DNA from: a virus
Taxonomy: Duplodnaviria; Caudoviricetes
Direction: 5' to 3' (one strand)
DNA: 60,502 nt
Virus record (IMG/VR): IMGVR_UViG_3300023175_000036
Span: 1-60,502 of that record
In this document: one piece after another, positions 58,377-60,502 of the stretch
Layout of the letters: the number at the start of each line of letters is the position of its first letter
How positions within the stretch are numbered: the first letter of the stretch is position 1
Notes under the pieces: model-generated
Seen by the model: only the letters and a program-made list of their open reading frames with translations
Told to the model about the DNA's origin: nothing
Database searches by the model: none
Position numbers and translations under genes: made by a program

Positions 58377-58741
58377 TATACTTCCATATAGCTTACTGTT
58401 GCTGTAATATTAGTTGGTGATGTAGTTGCTGCTTTAATTACATCTCCAGGTGCAAGTATAAGTTTCTCTGTGTCCATTGTAAAGGTTTCGCCTGCTGGAA
58501 TAGGAATGTTATTTAAAACCATATTACCTACACCTGCTGCTGCGCCATTTGCACAGACATGCACATCTAAGTACGTATCACCGCCATCGGTGTATATTTC
58601 TTCTTGCGGATTTTGCGCCGTATTACAGAACATTATAGTTGTAACAGCCCAGCCGCCAGCATTATAGTTGGGATCACCTACACTAGGAACTTCTAATATG
58701 TCTGTATATGCGCCGCCAATTTGTGTGTTTTGGATTGCCAT
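58376..58741 (-). CDS. Small beta-rich putative virion protein
   Basis: AVTTIMFCN..IPAGETF..EKLILAPGD..VSYMEV; paralogous to 29505 and 45194. Confidence 0.7.
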   Translation of the reverse strand: MAIQNTQIGGAYTDILEVPSVGDPNYNAGGWAVTTIMFCNTAQNPQEEIYTDGGDTYLDVHVCANGAAAGVGNMVLNNIPIPAGETFTMDTEKLILAPGDVIKAATTSPTNITATVSYMEV

Positions 58742-58753
58742 TTATCGTTCCTT

Positions 58754-59803
58754 TTAAAATATCATAGAAAACAAAAGTGCTTTCTTTTTACTTACCATTT
58801 CATCTTTCGTATTATTTTCGTTTACGAAATACAAGTTTGTTCCTGCAGGTCCTTCTGTTTTGCTGTATAGCTTAATACCAGTTGCCGGAGCATCTGGATT
58901 ATCAGTATCTGCATCAACACCAAAATTTGGTATACCACCACCTTGTGTACCATCATCGTCTTGATACGGTCCTTGAGGAATATACAACACATCATTAATT
59001 TGAACTTGTCCAGTGCCTGGAGCACTTAATATTAAATCAGTGTTACTTGATGTAGTTTCAAGGGTTGTATCAAAAATTCTAATATGTTGTAATTCTGTTC
59101 TATCATTAAAGAAGTATGCTGCTGGATTACTATCAATAGTAAACTCAATAGCACTTACTGCATCTCCTGAATCAGTATCGTGAATTGCAACGTATGTATC
59201 ATCTTTTTCAATTTTACTTTGGAATTTACCAACAAAGAATCCATCAACATAATCAACAACACCCTTAGCATTAATTAATGTATCGTGATGATTTGCTTTT
59301 AATACAGGATTTGCATTAAAGTCAACTAGACTACCACTATATTCAAATATTTGTTTTTCGTAATCTGTAGTGCCGTTAACACTAACAACACCTGTACCTT
59401 GGTTTATTAAGTCAAGGTCTGTGCCGCCTGTTTGAATTTTTCTTGTTAGTATATCAACAACTGTACCTGTTTGTGAACCACCAATTCTTCCCACAAACAC
59501 AGGATCGCCGCCACCTTGTTCGTCAAAGATCCAAAATGCATCGGAGCCGCCCCTGTCTATTTGGATGCCTGCAACATCCCCTGCAGAGTTACTAATAACT
59601 CCTCCGGCGTTACCACCTAAGTTAACAGTAATAAACGGATCGTCAACAGTTAACTCTGTACTATTAATAGTAGTAGTTGCACCGTCAACTTCTAGGTTTC
59701 CGATAATTTTAACTTTACCAGTTGTACCAGGATCAAGGCGGATTTCTCCACCATCTGTTACTGTTAATTTATAGTCACCGTCTACATTTAAAAATTTTGA
59801 CAT
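58754..59803 (-). CDS. Fibre/baseplate-type putative virion protein
   Basis: GNLEVDGATTTINSTELTVDDPFITVN..AGIQIDRG motif typical of large-phage structural proteins; one DLILSAPGTG repeat. Confidence 0.7.
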   Translation of the reverse strand: MSKFLNVDGDYKLTVTDGGEIRLDPGTTGKVKIIGNLEVDGATTTINSTELTVDDPFITVNLGGNAGGVISNSAGDVAGIQIDRGGSDAFWIFDEQGGGDPVFVGRIGGSQTGTVVDILTRKIQTGGTDLDLINQGTGVVSVNGTTDYEKQIFEYSGSLVDFNANPVLKANHHDTLINAKGVVDYVDGFFVGKFQSKIEKDDTYVAIHDTDSGDAVSAIEFTIDSNPAAYFFNDRTELQHIRIFDTTLETTSSNTDLILSAPGTGQVQINDVLYIPQGPYQDDDGTQGGGIPNFGVDADTDNPDAPATGIKLYSKTEGPAGTNLYFVNENNTKDEMVSKKKALLFSMIF

Positions 59804-59820
59804 TCGTTAATTCCTAATTA

Positions 59821-59840
59821 AGGGGAAAATTAATTCCCCT
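59821..59840. terminator. Intergenic hairpin (terminator or processing site)
   Basis: AGGGGAA-aattaa-TTCCCCT just past the stop of 59847-60233; only a weak U-tract on the coding strand. Confidence 0.45.
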
Positions 59841-59846
59841 TTTATA

Positions 59847-60233
59847 TTAGATAGCAGTTAAGCGTAAAATGTTTGCTGTTGAGTCGTCTTGGATTTCCCA
59901 AGTATAACGGTTGTTATCAAAATCAATCATTGTACGGTTTTGCACCTTACGAATGAATACTTCGTTTCCGTCAACCCATCCAGCTAATGACATTTCGTTT
60001 GCTGCTAGTGAACCAACTGCTTTGTTAACTAGTGTACATACGCCAGTGTTGCCACCGCCTGCTGGATTATCATCAACATTGAAAGTAGTTTCTGAGCGTT
60101 GTGATAAAATAATTCCTAATTCAGTAGCTGTGTTTGAACCTACTTTAACTGCTACTGTTAAATTTTCTTCATTTGACTCGTCACCGCCTGAAGCAGTTGT
60201 GCCAAAATATCTCTTGTTTAATGGACGTCCCAT
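59847..60233 (-). CDS. Hypothetical structural-region protein; start revised to MGRPLNKRY
   Basis: AAGGAG SD upstream of the ATG at 60233; the ORF-track extension runs through a structured leader. Confidence 0.7.
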   Translation of the reverse strand: MGRPLNKRYFGTTASGGDESNEENLTVAVKVGSNTATELGIILSQRSETTFNVDDNPAGGGNTGVCTLVNKAVGSLAANEMSLAGWVDGNEVFIRKVQNRTMIDFDNNRYTWEIQDDSTANILRLTAI

Positions 60234-60329
60234 AATATTCTCCTTTGTTTTTACATTTGCCGTTCTAGGGTCTACGCGGTGGATTTCCGCATAAGTCCTC
60301 ATTTAAGAGGCACCTATAATTGACATATG
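60234..60329 (-). promoter_or_regulatory. Structured 5' leader after late promoter GATAAATA (60330-60337)
   Basis: CCTC/GAGG and TATGCGG/CCGCGTA hairpins enclosed by TAGG/CCTA. Confidence 0.5.
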
Positions 60330-60337
60330 TATTTATC

Positions 60338-60377
60338 AAAAGAGAAAAAAGCCCGACACAGTTAAGTATCGGGCTTT
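60338..60377 (-). terminator. Intrinsic terminator
   Basis: AAAGCCCGATAC-TTAACT-GTGTCGGGCTTT followed by TTTCTCTTTT. Confidence 0.85.
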
Positions 60378-60384
60378 GAGAATA

Positions 60385-60502
60385 AGCAAAATAGGTAGGA
60401 CTCGGTTACACCTACAAGCCACGGACCAAATACCATTTCATCTCCGCAGCAACCTGCTTCCGCTCGGTAGAGCGATGTGACACTGCCTGTTTCCAGTACA
60501 AC
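60385..60502 (-). ncRNA. Possible 3' part of a structured non-coding RNA, truncated by the window edge
   Basis: GC-rich relative to the rest of the window; hairpins CGCTC/GAGCG, GCAG/CTGC and GTAGG/CCTAC just before a terminator. Confidence 0.3.

Noticed and set aside
900-60294. Numerous short plus-strand ORFs antisense to long genes (e.g. 1732-2121, 48264-48770, 52057-52539, 59911-60294)
   Set aside because: Shadow ORFs arising from codon bias of the minus-strand genes; no SD, promoter or recognisable motifs.
1-60502. Alternative genetic code (stop-codon reassignment), as in some large phages
   Set aside because: Genes up to 9.3 kb are uninterrupted and tightly packed under the standard code.

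Overview
This is a ~60 kb stretch of the late (virion morphogenesis) region of a large, AT-rich, T4-like myophage, most likely a jumbo-type phage; the host cannot be determined from this window. Most genes are on the minus strand. The left part carries terminase large and probable small subunits, a gp4-like head-completion nuclease, tail tube and a 1087-aa tail sheath, dNMP kinase, an HNH protein, and gp13 transcribed divergently from gp14/gp15/Nudix/cupin. The right ~43 kb is a fibre/appendage cluster. It contains two pairs of giant paralogous proteins (3108/1833 aa and 2079/1964 aa), an S74-chaperone fibre, three tandem glycine-rich paralogues, a subtilisin, and a U32-like Fe-S protein plus methyltransferase. 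T4-type late promoters (nnTAAATA) precede many genes. The most notable observations are: (1) phycobiliprotein-like C-x-R-D helical repeats in the 3108-aa protein; (2) a small ubiquitin-like ORF next to the terminase; (3) a possible fibre-tip modification module (U32-like + methyltransferase); (4) type-1-copper-like motifs in two putative virion proteins; (5) a class of apparently leaderless late genes; and (6) structured RNA leaders and a candidate ncRNA. All calls come from motif recognition by eye; no searches or folding programs were run.
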